Positions 40,008-50,800 of a DNA stretch of 64,000 nt are shown here, in pieces; the stretch's first letter is position 1; every line of letters begins with the position of its first letter. The stretch covers positions 1,270,096 through 1,334,095 of the forward strand of contig MNCI01001745.1 in NCBI GenBank assembly GCA_015680685.1. Direction: 5' to 3'. This DNA is from Gnetum montanum. Its lineage: Eukaryota > Plantae > Gnetophyta. Under the pieces are notes generated by a model. It made no database searches, was not told where the DNA came from, and saw only the letters and a program-made list of their open reading frames with translations. Made by a program: the position numbers and the translations under genes.

Positions 40008-41639
40008 TCAAACCACGTGGGAGCATAACACTGCGGCAACAACGATAGCAACGGCAGCCGTGCCAAAAATCCGCCGCGGCCACCACCTCCACCTCCGCCT
40101 CCTTGAGCTGCTGCCGATCCATGTGGCCAGTGACTGCGCATCCGAGCTCTGAGAAATGTCCCCCAATTTCAATTGCAACGGTGCCCCTGCGGTCGCCGAC
40201 ACGTGGGCGGTAGTCCGGGCAAAGCGGTGGCAGCGACGGATGCCCAAATCAAAAAACCAGTCCGCGTCTACATCGTCTTCATCGCTGTGGTTGCTGCTGC
40301 CGCTGCCGTTGTAGCAGAGGGCGGTGTTATTAGAAACATGGAGGCGCCTGCCAAGCTTCCACATCAACTGCCGCCCAAAGGGCAGCGGCCCCGACAGCAT
40401 GTTGTTGTTCAGCTTCAGCTTGGTGAGGTGAGGCAGATGCGCCAGAGCCGCGGGAACGGAACCGTTCAGCCGGTTGCCGTCCAGGCACAGCACGCGCAGA
40501 GCCACCATTTGAGCCACCGACTCCGGGACTCCTCCGCCCAGCCCCGCTTCCGAGGCCACCAGCGTCGTCAGACGGCGGAGCCTGCCCAGGGACCGGGGCA
40601 GCGCCGTGCCGCCGAAGGCGTTGCCCTGCACGATCAGCGCCTGCAACTGCTCCAGCTGCCCCAGCGCCTCGGGCAATGGTCCGCCCAGAGAGTTGTAGCC
40701 CAGGTCCAGCAGCACCAAGCCCAGCAGCTGCCCAAACGTGTCCGGGACGGTGCCCCCGAGCCGATTCCGGCTCAAATCCAGCTTCACCAGTGACGACGCC
40801 ACCAGTCCGAGCCCCGCCGGCAGCGCTCCCCGTAGCCGGTTCTGGTGCAGATCCAGCACCCGAATCCGAGGCAGCAGGTAAGACTGAGACTGAGACTGAG
40901 ACTGAGGAGGCAGCAGCAGGGGACCGTCGAGGCGGTTGCAGCTGAGATCCAGGAGCTGCAGCTGCGGCAGCAGGAAAAGCTGAGGCGGCAGGGCGCCCGC
41001 GAGGTTGTTTCCGTGCAGGTCCAGCGTGTGCAGGCGCGTCAGCTGCGCTAGCTCCGCCGGCACCGCCCCGACGTGGCCGTTCTCCCGCAGCACCAGCGAC
41101 TCCAGCGACGGCGCCAGCGCCGCGAGCGCGCCTGCCGGCACCGCACGCGGCGACGCCCAGCAACAGCGATAGAAGAAGAGGCGCCGCAGGTGCGGCAGTC
41201 GCCCGATCGCCGGCGATATGAACGCGTCCTCCGAGCACGGCGGAAACGCCGTGTCGTCCGACAGTGCCCCGAACGAGAGCGCCACCACGTGCAGCTGAAG
41301 GCCACCCCCTGAGCCTTCGCCTGCGTCCGCGTCCGCCATACACTCGATCCCGTGCCAGCGGCCCCGGCAGACGTCGGCTATGTCCAATGCCCATGTGTTG
41401 CCGGTGGCCGCCATTATTTGGTACACGGCTGCCTGTTCGTCTGGCGCAGTGTACGTGTACGTGGCGTTGGCGGAGTTGGAGTTGGAAGTGGTGGAAGAAG
41501 AGGAGGAGGAGGAGGAGGAATCATCCAGAAGGCCGCCTTTAGGTGGTCCTTCCGGCGAATCTGGAACTATGACAGTGAACGCCTCCGCCATCACCACCAT
41601 CATCACCACCGCCATTGACACCCTTTTCCAGCTTTCCAT
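40008..41639 (-). CDS. TMM: TOO MANY MOUTHS LRR receptor-like protein (stomatal patterning), 543 aa, single exon
   Basis: Signal peptide followed by FTVI. Signature PDEQAAVYQIMAATGNTWA..DVCRGRWHGIECM and LSFGALSDDTAFP, LFFYRC, LVLRENG, as in Arabidopsis TMM. About 10 LRRs, a hydrophobic C-terminus and no kinase. Start placed at MESWK (41639) rather than the upstream ATG at 41720. Confidence 0.95.
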   Translation of the reverse strand: MESWKRVSMAVVMMVVMAEAFTVIVPDSPEGPPKGGLLDDSSSSSSSSSTTSNSNSANATYTYTAPDEQAAVYQIMAATGNTWALDIADVCRGRWHGIECMADADAGEGSGGGLQLHVVALSFGALSDDTAFPPCSEDAFISPAIGRLPHLRRLFFYRCCWASPRAVPAGALAALAPSLESLVLRENGHVGAVPAELAQLTRLHTLDLHGNNLAGALPPQLFLLPQLQLLDLSCNRLDGPLLLPPQSQSQSQSYLLPRIRVLDLHQNRLRGALPAGLGLVASSLVKLDLSRNRLGGTVPDTFGQLLGLVLLDLGYNSLGGPLPEALGQLEQLQALIVQGNAFGGTALPRSLGRLRRLTTLVASEAGLGGGVPESVAQMVALRVLCLDGNRLNGSVPAALAHLPHLTKLKLNNNMLSGPLPFGRQLMWKLGRRLHVSNNTALCYNGSGSSNHSDEDDVDADWFFDLGIRRCHRFARTTAHVSATAGAPLQLKLGDISQSSDAQSLATWIGSSSRRRRWRWWPRRIFGTAAVAIVVAAVLCSHVV

Positions 41640-41930
41640 TTTTATGTTATATGCGCTGCAATGAGGCAAACCCGGATAAAGCACAACAGGAATACAGTAG
41701 TAGCAGGAGCAGACATACATATCATGGAATTTAGAATAGCAGTGTTGCTGTAACGGTCATGAGCTTCAACAGGCGATTCAGGCCTCCTGCTTTGTCTGTC
41801 GCCGTCCCCAACCCAAGTGAGCGAGTTCGTTCGTTGTCCCTGCCCGCGAATGGAAACGACCTGTTGTATCTGTGTGCATGCCATGAATTAATTTAATCAA
41901 GGCGAGATGTCAAGCAGCCTTAAAGCCTTT

Positions 41931-42080
41931 CACGCGTTTCCGTTGAGGAGAATGCTGCCCCTGGTGCTCCTTCATTAATGTTTCTGCGTGCATGGAATCA
42001 TTTATTGTGATCACGGGCATTTGTAGGAGACACGTAAGTGTTGCCTTGCAAGCTTTTAACAAATTGAATGCTGTCACGAG
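41931..42080 (-). promoter_or_regulatory. Candidate bHLH E-boxes (CGCGTG at 41931-41936, CTCGTG at 42075-42080) upstream of TMM
   Basis: Both fit the CDCGTG motif described for SPEECHLESS. Two hexamers in ~460 bp is not statistically strong. Confidence 0.3.
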
Positions 42081-43150
42081 CTTTGCGAGGGAATTGGCGA
42101 CTTCAAATCCTTCTTGCGGTAATAAGAGCACAAGCAACCCATCCAGCTGTGGAATTTATATTTATGTTTGTTAACTACTTTTTATTTTGTCTTTTTAGGG
42201 GTGTTCAACCTAGAGTAATAATGAATATCTTTTCATGTTTTCATTTTTACAACTAATACCCAAAAAGCCCATCTCTAAAGTAGGAAAAGTGTAAGACCTT
42301 GCCTTTGTTCAAAAGTGCTTTTACGAGATTCTTGCAAAGAGAAAGAAAAGAAAACTCTCTATAAATAACAAAAAATACAATAATTAGTAGTGCCCTTAAG
42401 AGTTTTAGAGCTTACACAACAAAAAAGACTTAATACTTGAAGAAATGAATTAATTCTTCAACCTTCACTTGAAGCTACAACTAAAAAGAAACAATTCTTA
42501 GAAGTTAGTATTTAACTTTTAAAACAAGATCATAGGTATGCTTAGAAAATAATTTTACAATGAAGCTTTCAAATAGAATAGAGAATAAGTGGGCAATGAT
42601 ACTTCTAAATACAAAGAAATGAAATAGACAAAACAAGTTGATGACTAAGAAAATATTAGTGATACTCGGTTATTGAAAATTTTAAATGTTTATTTCTAAG
42701 CATGATGTGCAACTAAACACTCAAAAAAAATTATAAAAAATACAAAGTAAAAATGAGGACATCAAGGAAAAATAATTTTCATACACTAAAAATAACCAAC
42801 AATAGAAAGACCTTATACATTAGACATCATAAAAGTTAAAAGTGTTCTTACTTAGCCTTGCTAGTATTTACAAAACACCTATATTTCATTTTAGAGCATC
42901 TCCATTCCTTCATTAAATATCATTATTCATCATTATAATCAACAATCTAGTAAAATAAAACTTAAAAGTCTTCAGAATAAAGAATCATAAGAGATTATTG
43001 CACATGAAAAGCATGTTGTAACATAATTTTAAATATAAAATAATATTTACAACCTACATCCCCATAATGTGGTACCTTATACTAGAAATAACCAAAACTA
43101 CTATTCATTGGTAATAACTTAAGCTAGCTCTTATAACTTATCTTAAGGTA

Positions 43151-46096
43151 TGATGAGCAATGAGTGTTCTTTACCCCCCAACTATACAAATCACAAGCAT
43201 GTATGCACAATTTGGTTGAATTCCATGGACCTTATGTGAGTGGTTATTATCCTCGATAGTTAAATATGGCATTGTTAATCATTGTCTTCCCAATCATCAC
43301 TTGTGCTAGTTCAACGAGTATCATTAAGTGAGACTGAGGTATGAGATATTTATATTTTCTTATGATTTTTATTAGCAAACATTAACATGATAAAGTGATT
43401 AAAATATTGATTTCTCACAACCATGAAACTAAGTGCAGCTAATCTATCCCAAGCGTGAAGTATTTGTTCCTACTTTCTGTGCCCACCTTGAACTTATAAT
43501 AACACTCTTGGATTACCAAGTTGATGAATCATCATTGTTGGGTAGTGTCAATGGGCATGCATCAACATGGCCATGTCAACGTGTGCATGCCGATGCAGTT
43601 GTGTCGATGCATATCCATCAATGCAAGGAAAGATGCATCAACACATATGCATTGACAAAGTGTTTAGTCTTGCCTAAATAAATGCACATAGCCACCGCAT
43701 TGATGGCATCATTCATGTAGTAGCATAGCGAAGCTCATGCAATTTGTTCCTGTGACAATTAGAATATTTTCTAAGTGCCCATAGTAGGAGTTGAGAAGTG
43801 TACAGATCTTTATTCAAACACTAATGTACCTAGACACTTTGGTCTAAACAATAATAAAGATGAGCTTCCTGATAAACCTTGTAGTACTTGGAATTAGCAT
43901 AATGTTAATTTACTATTATGTAATTTACATTCATGCACATTAATTAATTTGTTGAACACAAGTAATTAATGCTCATAAGTATGAACACCTTGATCATACG
44001 TTAATGCTTGGTAACCCCAGTAGCATTTACACTTGGTAACCTAGTAGCATTGAGGCATGTTCACGATGTGTATGGCAAGTGGGACTAGATGATTATGTTA
44101 GGATTAGCTTAAGACATTGGATAGTTACTAAATTGATTAGCATTTAATCACTTTATTTTCACACTTAGGATAAATAGATAAAAAATCTAAAAATTATACA
44201 AATCATGTGCCTCAATTACACTTAACCATGTCATTATATCTCCACAAGTGGAACTGGAAAGACAACGATCACATTTTTAAGTTCACTACTTAGATAATGT
44301 GTACGTAGGGAGCTAAAGTCTACAAAATTTGACTAGATCATTTAGTGAACACTGGTGTTTTGTATGGTTGGGTATAGGGACTACTTGCTCCTTATCACAA
44401 GTGATCACTGTACGACATACCAAGTATGCATTACAAGGATTACCATGCATTAGTATAAGATGCATGAAGTAGTCATACTTATGCCATTATGAAATAAAAT
44501 ATTAATTTCCTAAGTACAAAAGAGTAAAATGCATTTAAAGTAAAGTTCTCAAAAATAAATTAAGTATTAGAACAAGCGCTACAATGGAAGGAATTAATAT
44601 CAATTTTATTGTCATAATGTAGAAGTATCTAGGTACAACATGCATTCAAATAAAATCCATCCAATCAATGCAATTCATGTTGTGGGTACTCAAAAGGTAA
44701 TTTGGCTAAGTCCTATGGAAACAAACTACAAGAACTTCACTATCGAAATGACCAAAGGTACTATAAATATGATGACATGCATATTTATATAGGCTTATAG
44801 AGAATTAGTGTCCATGCATATGCACTAATGCATCTAGGGATGCATCAATAGGGATGCATCGACATGCATGCATCACTGTAGTTGACCAACTTAGACTTCA
44901 TCATATTCCCACAACTTACTAAAATCTTGTTCTTGAGTGAACAAAAATGGAACCATGTTGTTTACAAAATTTGGGGAGAATGGAATTGATAGACAAACTC
45001 TAAGTGCCATGTTATAAAATATTCACATGATTACAAAAGTTGTATAATACACAAAAAAATATGAACAAGTTAGCAAAATTAGTAGGCACTGGCTATATGG
45101 AATGGCGTAGGATGAGATCTTCACACTATTTCTAAAGGTGAAGGCTCCTATGGCACAGAGGATCCTTCATCACATTCTTGTCCTACTAGTGGTCTAGGCC
45201 ACCATACTGCTACTTTTGAGAATTTCAAGGCATTCAAGAGTGCCTTCATTTTCTTCTCCTTACTTTGTGGATCATAAATAATCTAGGCAACTTTTCCTAG
45301 ACTAGCTACATCAAGTACATCACATAGGTAGGACATGCTCAGGAACATTTCTTTCATATTGATGAACCAAGCTATAAACTTTTTATGTTCGATGTTGAAC
45401 ATATAGATAAGGTTTCATAATACCTAGTACTCATTCATTATCATGGCTAGGTTTTTAGGAATTGATCATGGATCTATGAATTTGCCCTTGAGAACTTCAA
45501 GCCCTATGTTGGTTACTTTCAACTTCTATTTTATCTCTTTTGTGGAGCTTGAACTCTACATCATAGACAAGGTAGAAGCTAGTCACCTACTTCTCTAGTT
45601 CAAATCTTGACCTTTCCACTATTAGCATTACTAGGTTTTCATATTGGAGGTTGGCTAACTCCATGTACTCTATCATCTTTTCAATTTGTAACTCCTTTAG
45701 GTAGATTTTGGCTTGATTATCGACATTAAAGCCATCAAAGATAGGCTAACATACATCATATCTTTATTGAAGTTGCTAAGGGGCATCATTCACCATAGCC
45801 TTCACTAATTTGATTTTTTAAATTAATCTCCTTGAGCATCCTGACCTAGTCCTTGTAGTGATTTTTCACTCTTTCATATTTAAAGGCTTCATTCTTCCAG
45901 CTTCTAGTGAAGGACACAAACCTCCTTCATTAGGAGATTTCTCATTTTTGTAGTCAACCTCCTCATATCCTAGTTCACCTTGACAAGCTATTCCTACTAC
46001 TAATGAATGTATTTAACCATTTGGTCCTTTTGTTATTCAATGTTGCCTAGCTACTAACAAATTGAATGTTGTCATGACCTTTGCAAGGTAATTAGT
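43151..46096 (-). mobile_element. 3' end of an Athila-like element: ORF remnant, PPT, 3' LTR (43151-44903, interrupted by a solo LTR)
   Basis: Minus-strand LTR starts TGATGAAGTC at 44903 after GTAAGTTGTGGGAATA and ends ..TTGCTCATCA at 43151. TATA at ~44785. Confidence 0.75.
43522..44397 (+). mobile_element. Solo LTR (Athila-like), 876 bp, with 5-bp target-site duplication CAAGT
   Basis: TGATGA...TTATCA termini. CAAGT at 43517-43521 and 44398-44402. The empty site is preserved in the duplicate at ~47746. Confidence 0.9.
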
Positions 46097-47856
46097 GACT
46101 TCAAATCCTTTGTACTACCGTTCTCATAGTAATAAGCACACAAGCAACCCATCTAGATATGGAATTTATATTTATGTTTGTTAACTACTTTATATTTTAT
46201 TCTTTTTTAGAGGTGTTCAACCTAGAGTAATAATAATAATTAAAAAAAATTTTAACTTACATCACATCATTAACATAAACATGAAAGAGTGAGTGTACCC
46301 AAAAAGTCAAAGGTTTAAAATAATTAAAAAATTTTGAGTATATCAAATAATCAAAATAAAATAAAGAGTTTAAGGAAAAATCTTAGCTATTTAGAAATAA
46401 TAACTAAAAAATTCAAAGTACTTAGATCATCAACATTGAAAAGAGAGTTTAATAGTTTTGGGAATATCTTTTCATGTTTTCATTTTTACAACCAATATTG
46501 AAAAAGCCCATCTCTAAAGTAGGAAAAGGGTAAGGCCTTGCCTTCATTCAAAAGTGCTCTCATAGGATTCTTGCAAAGGGAAAGAAAAAAAACTCTCTAT
46601 AAATAAAAAAATTACAATAATCAATAGTGCCTTAAGGGTTTTAGAGCTTACACAACAAAAAAGAATTAATACTTGAAGAAATGAATTAATTTCTCAACCT
46701 TCACTTGAAGCTACAACTAAAAAGAAATATCTTTGAGAAGTTAATATTTAACTTTTAAAAAGAGATCATAGCTATGCTTAGAAAATAATTTTACAATGAA
46801 GCTTTCAAATAGAATAGAGAATAAGTGGCCAAAGATACTTCTAAATACAAAGAAAGGAAGTAGATAAAACAAGTTGAAGACTAAGAATAATATTAGTGAT
46901 ACTTGGTTAAAAGTCATTGAAAATTTTAAATGTTTATTTCTAAGCATGATGTGCAACTAAACACTCAAAAAAATTTATAAAAAATACAAAGTAAAAATGA
47001 GGACATTGAGGAAAAATAATTTTCATCACTAAAAATAGCCAACAATAGAAAGACCTTATACATTAGACATCATAAAAGTTAAAAGTGTTCTTACTTAGCC
47101 TTGCTAGTATTTACAAAACACCTATATTTTATTTTAGAGCATCTCCATTCCTTCATTAAATATCATTATTCATCATTATAATCAACAATCTAGTAAAATA
47201 AAACTTAAAGGTCTTCAAAATAAAGGATCATAAGAGATTATTGCACATGAAAAGGATCTTGTAATAGAATTTTAAATATGAAATAATATTTACAACCTAC
47301 ATCCCCATGATGTGGTACCTTATAGTAGAAATAACCAAAACTACCATTCATTGGTAATAACTTAAGCTATATCTTATAACTTATCTTAAGGTACGATGAG
47401 CAGTGAGTGTTCTTTACCCTCAACTATACAAATCACGAGCATGTCTGTGCAATTCAATTAAATTCCATGGACCTTATATGAGTGGTTATTATCCTAGATA
47501 GTTAAAGATGACATTGTTGGTCATTGTCTTCCCAATCATCACTTGTGCTAGCTCAACGAGTATTGTTAAGTGAGACTGAGTTATGAGATATTTATATTTT
47601 TTTAATTATTTTTATCAGCAAAGCATTAACATGACAAAGTGATTAAAATATCAATTTCTCACGAACTATGAAACTAAGTTCTATCTAATCTATCCCAAGC
47701 ATGAAGTATACACATCTTGAACTTATACTAACACTATTGGATTACCAAGTGGTCATTGTCGAGCATACCAAGTATCCCCTATAAGGATTATCATGCATTA
47801 GCATAATATGCTTGAAGTAGTCATACTTACACTATTATAATATAGAATATTAATTT

Positions 47857-50800
47857 TGATGAAGTGTCTTTGATTGGCTACATTGATGGAATGTTGTTGA
47901 CATAACCCCATCAACAAGATCTCATCAACATAGGGTTTCCCACATTGATGTGTACTTGTTGACATGGCATCCTAGTAGGTCTATATATACAACACCTAGT
48001 CATGTTAAGAAGGAGTTAGATTTTAAGTTGCTAGTGGAATTCTTGTAGTTTGTTTCCATAAGAGATTTTCAGTTGCTAATGGAATTCTTGCAGTTTGTTT
48101 CCATAATAGATAGAATAATTTTCTAAGTTCTCACAACAAGAGTCAAGAAGTGTACGGATCTTTATTCGAGCACTATTGTACCTAAGCACCATAGTGTGTG
48201 CAACAATAAAGGCAAGTTTTTTGATAAACCTTACAGCACTTGGACTAGCTCAATGATTTATTTATGCATTTATTGTTTTCATTAATTAAGTAATTAATTA
48301 AGATAGAATGATTAAGACTTTAAGTAATTAATTAATTAAGCTAAATAGAGTAGCATACATAAATACAACCACTTCAAGCATATATGTAACACTTGGTAAT
48401 CCCAATAGTGCTTAACACTTGGTCATCCAATAGTGTTATACATGTTCAGGGTATGAAAAGTGGGACCAAATGCTTATGTTAAGATAATTAGTTAGTAATT
48501 AGCAATTAAATTAGTTGCATTATTTAATTAATTTATTCTCAATCTATTACCAACCTTAGGTGATCAAAATATAAAAATGATAAAAATCATGTGCCTCAAT
48601 TATACTTAACCATACAACTGAGCCTCACAAATGTAGTTGGGAAGACAACAATTGTTCCACAATTAGGTTCACCTTCTAGATTAAATCCTGTGTACGAGAA
48701 CACTAGGAATCCATGGAATTCAACTAGATCATGCATGAATGCCTTAGTGATTTGTATGGTTGGGTGTAGGGATACCTCGTTGCTTATCATTGACATCATT
48801 GCTAAGGATTCTTAGCCAATACCATGCATGATCAATCCAAGATTAGTGAAAATTACTCAACATCATTGAAACAAACTTGAAAAATTTAAATCATAAAAAT
48901 TAATCAAAACTTTACTACAAGCACACTAAGAAACTATTTCTAACAAAAATTTCTTCTTCTTCTCATAGGTGAGATGATTCTAAGTCAACAGTACCACAAG
49001 AATGCAAAGTGGTGTTCACTCATCCTGATGAGTTTGTACCCAATTTCACTTATGGCCTCCATCAGGATGAACAAATGTGGTGGTGAGACATGGAAGGGAA
49101 TGTCGTATTTCCACCCAACCGATCTATTCCCAAGATGCTGCTCCAAACTCTTACAAGGTTGGGCATCGAGAAGCTTCATGAGTATGTTATGAAAGATCAT
49201 GACTTTTGAGACTACCATCCCACTAAGACACAATGCAAATGAGATCAGCAATAGGAAAAGCACCGCAAAGCCATGAAGGGGAAATGGTTCACTAATCCCC
49301 TATTCCTACTAAATTAATAGGATAATGAGGACCCTCTTTTTAATGATTCTCAACATGTTAACTCTTCACCTCATGACTTTGGTAAAGGAAAACTAAACCC
49401 AAATCCTAAATCAGTGGTCAACAATCTAGGTTCTAGTAATAATGAGTCCCATGGTGTTGGGATCTCTAAGAAAGGGAGTTGAAGCAATAACTCAGATAAG
49501 CATAATGAAGATTACTCTAAAGATCATGGTCATGAAAAATAAAGAGGAAGTGATAGACACCATGGTAGTGGTAGTCCTCCTCCCTCTTCACCCTCTTCAT
49601 CTAGATTAGCTTCCTCCTTTGAATATGAAAAGAATCATAGGTGGTGGGAAAATAATGATAATTGCAGAGACCACCATGAATGAAGGGATGGTAGAGGACA
49701 TCACAGGCATCATCAAGATCATGATGATGAACCTCTACTAGGCACTCAAAATATGCTCAACATCATAGAGGTTGTCATAATTCCTACCAAGCATGTGAAA
49801 GATTGTCGAATTAAGCAACTAGACATAAGCAATATCCCTAGATTTGAGGGGGATATAACTTAGATCCTCAAACTCATCTACAAGCATTTGCATGATGCAT
49901 GTGCCTTACAAAATATTGAAAATGATTGGCAAAAGCTCAAGCTATTCCCCAGAACACTCATCAAGAAAGTAGAAAGCTGGTACCATAGTTAATCCATCGA
50001 TGGAGTACAATGCTCGAAATATTTAATGATAAGTATTAAACGTACTCTAGAGTGTCAAACCTACAAAGGTAAATTGAATGATTGAAATAAAGAACACATG
50101 AACCCTTGGATGTTGACATGAATGAATCCTATTCATTAGTACACTGATGCCCTAGCCATGGTTACTCTCAGAGAAAACAACTTCGTCACATCATAAATGG
50201 GCTTCGCCTAAAAACACAGAGGATCCTTGGGGTCTATGCCCAAGGAAGACTGTCAAAATTAAGAGCCCATTAGATATAAAGGTTGATTGAGCAAGTAGCA
50301 AAAGAAGAAGAAGAGTTAAGGAAATGTGGAAGTGTAGAATAATATAATAGGAACCCTTCCATCAAAAAGAAGGAGGTCAACTTTTGTGATAGTGAGCAGG
50401 AGTCATCTCTTCATGAGGTGATGCAACGAAAGACCTTGCTAATTCATAAATTTGTCTAAACCTTTAGCCAAGGTAGATAAAATGTGAAATTCATTGGATG
50501 AAAAATTTCAAATTGCTCTAAAAATCACAAAAGAATCAAGAGAGTAGAGTAGTGATTGTGATCACAGGAGGAAGATAGAAGCTAAACGTGCCTACCAAAG
50601 TGGTAAGGGCAAAGTTGCTATAGTAGTAAAAGTTGTGTAGATTAAATTAGATGATGACGATGGGTGTGACATCTATCACTATGAACATCCTAAGGGATGT
50701 TGTCCTGTTGTGTTACACTTACAGGAATATGGGGTGTATGCTCTGAATCCAAGAATATCAAAAAGGAAAACACCCATAAGATTACCTTATCCTTAAGTTC

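Larger units (their letters stand above)
42098..47856. repeat. Direct duplication: 42098-44510 (minus the solo LTR) repeated at 46097-47856
   Basis: Long near-identical blocks, e.g. GACTTCAAATCC..GGAATTTATATTTATGTTTGTTAACTAC at both starts. The second copy has ~230 bp extra (46232-46462). Confidence 0.9.

Noticed and set aside
40173-41664. Long overlapping ORFs in other frames and on the opposite strand of TMM (206 aa, 354 aa, etc.)
   Set aside because: Expected by-products of high GC and codon bias; low-complexity Ala/Gly/Arg translations with no recognisable motifs.
41640-41720. 27-aa N-terminal extension of TMM from the ATG at 41720
   Set aside because: The signal peptide and TMM similarity begin at MESWK (41639); the upstream ATG is probably in the UTR, though this is unproven.
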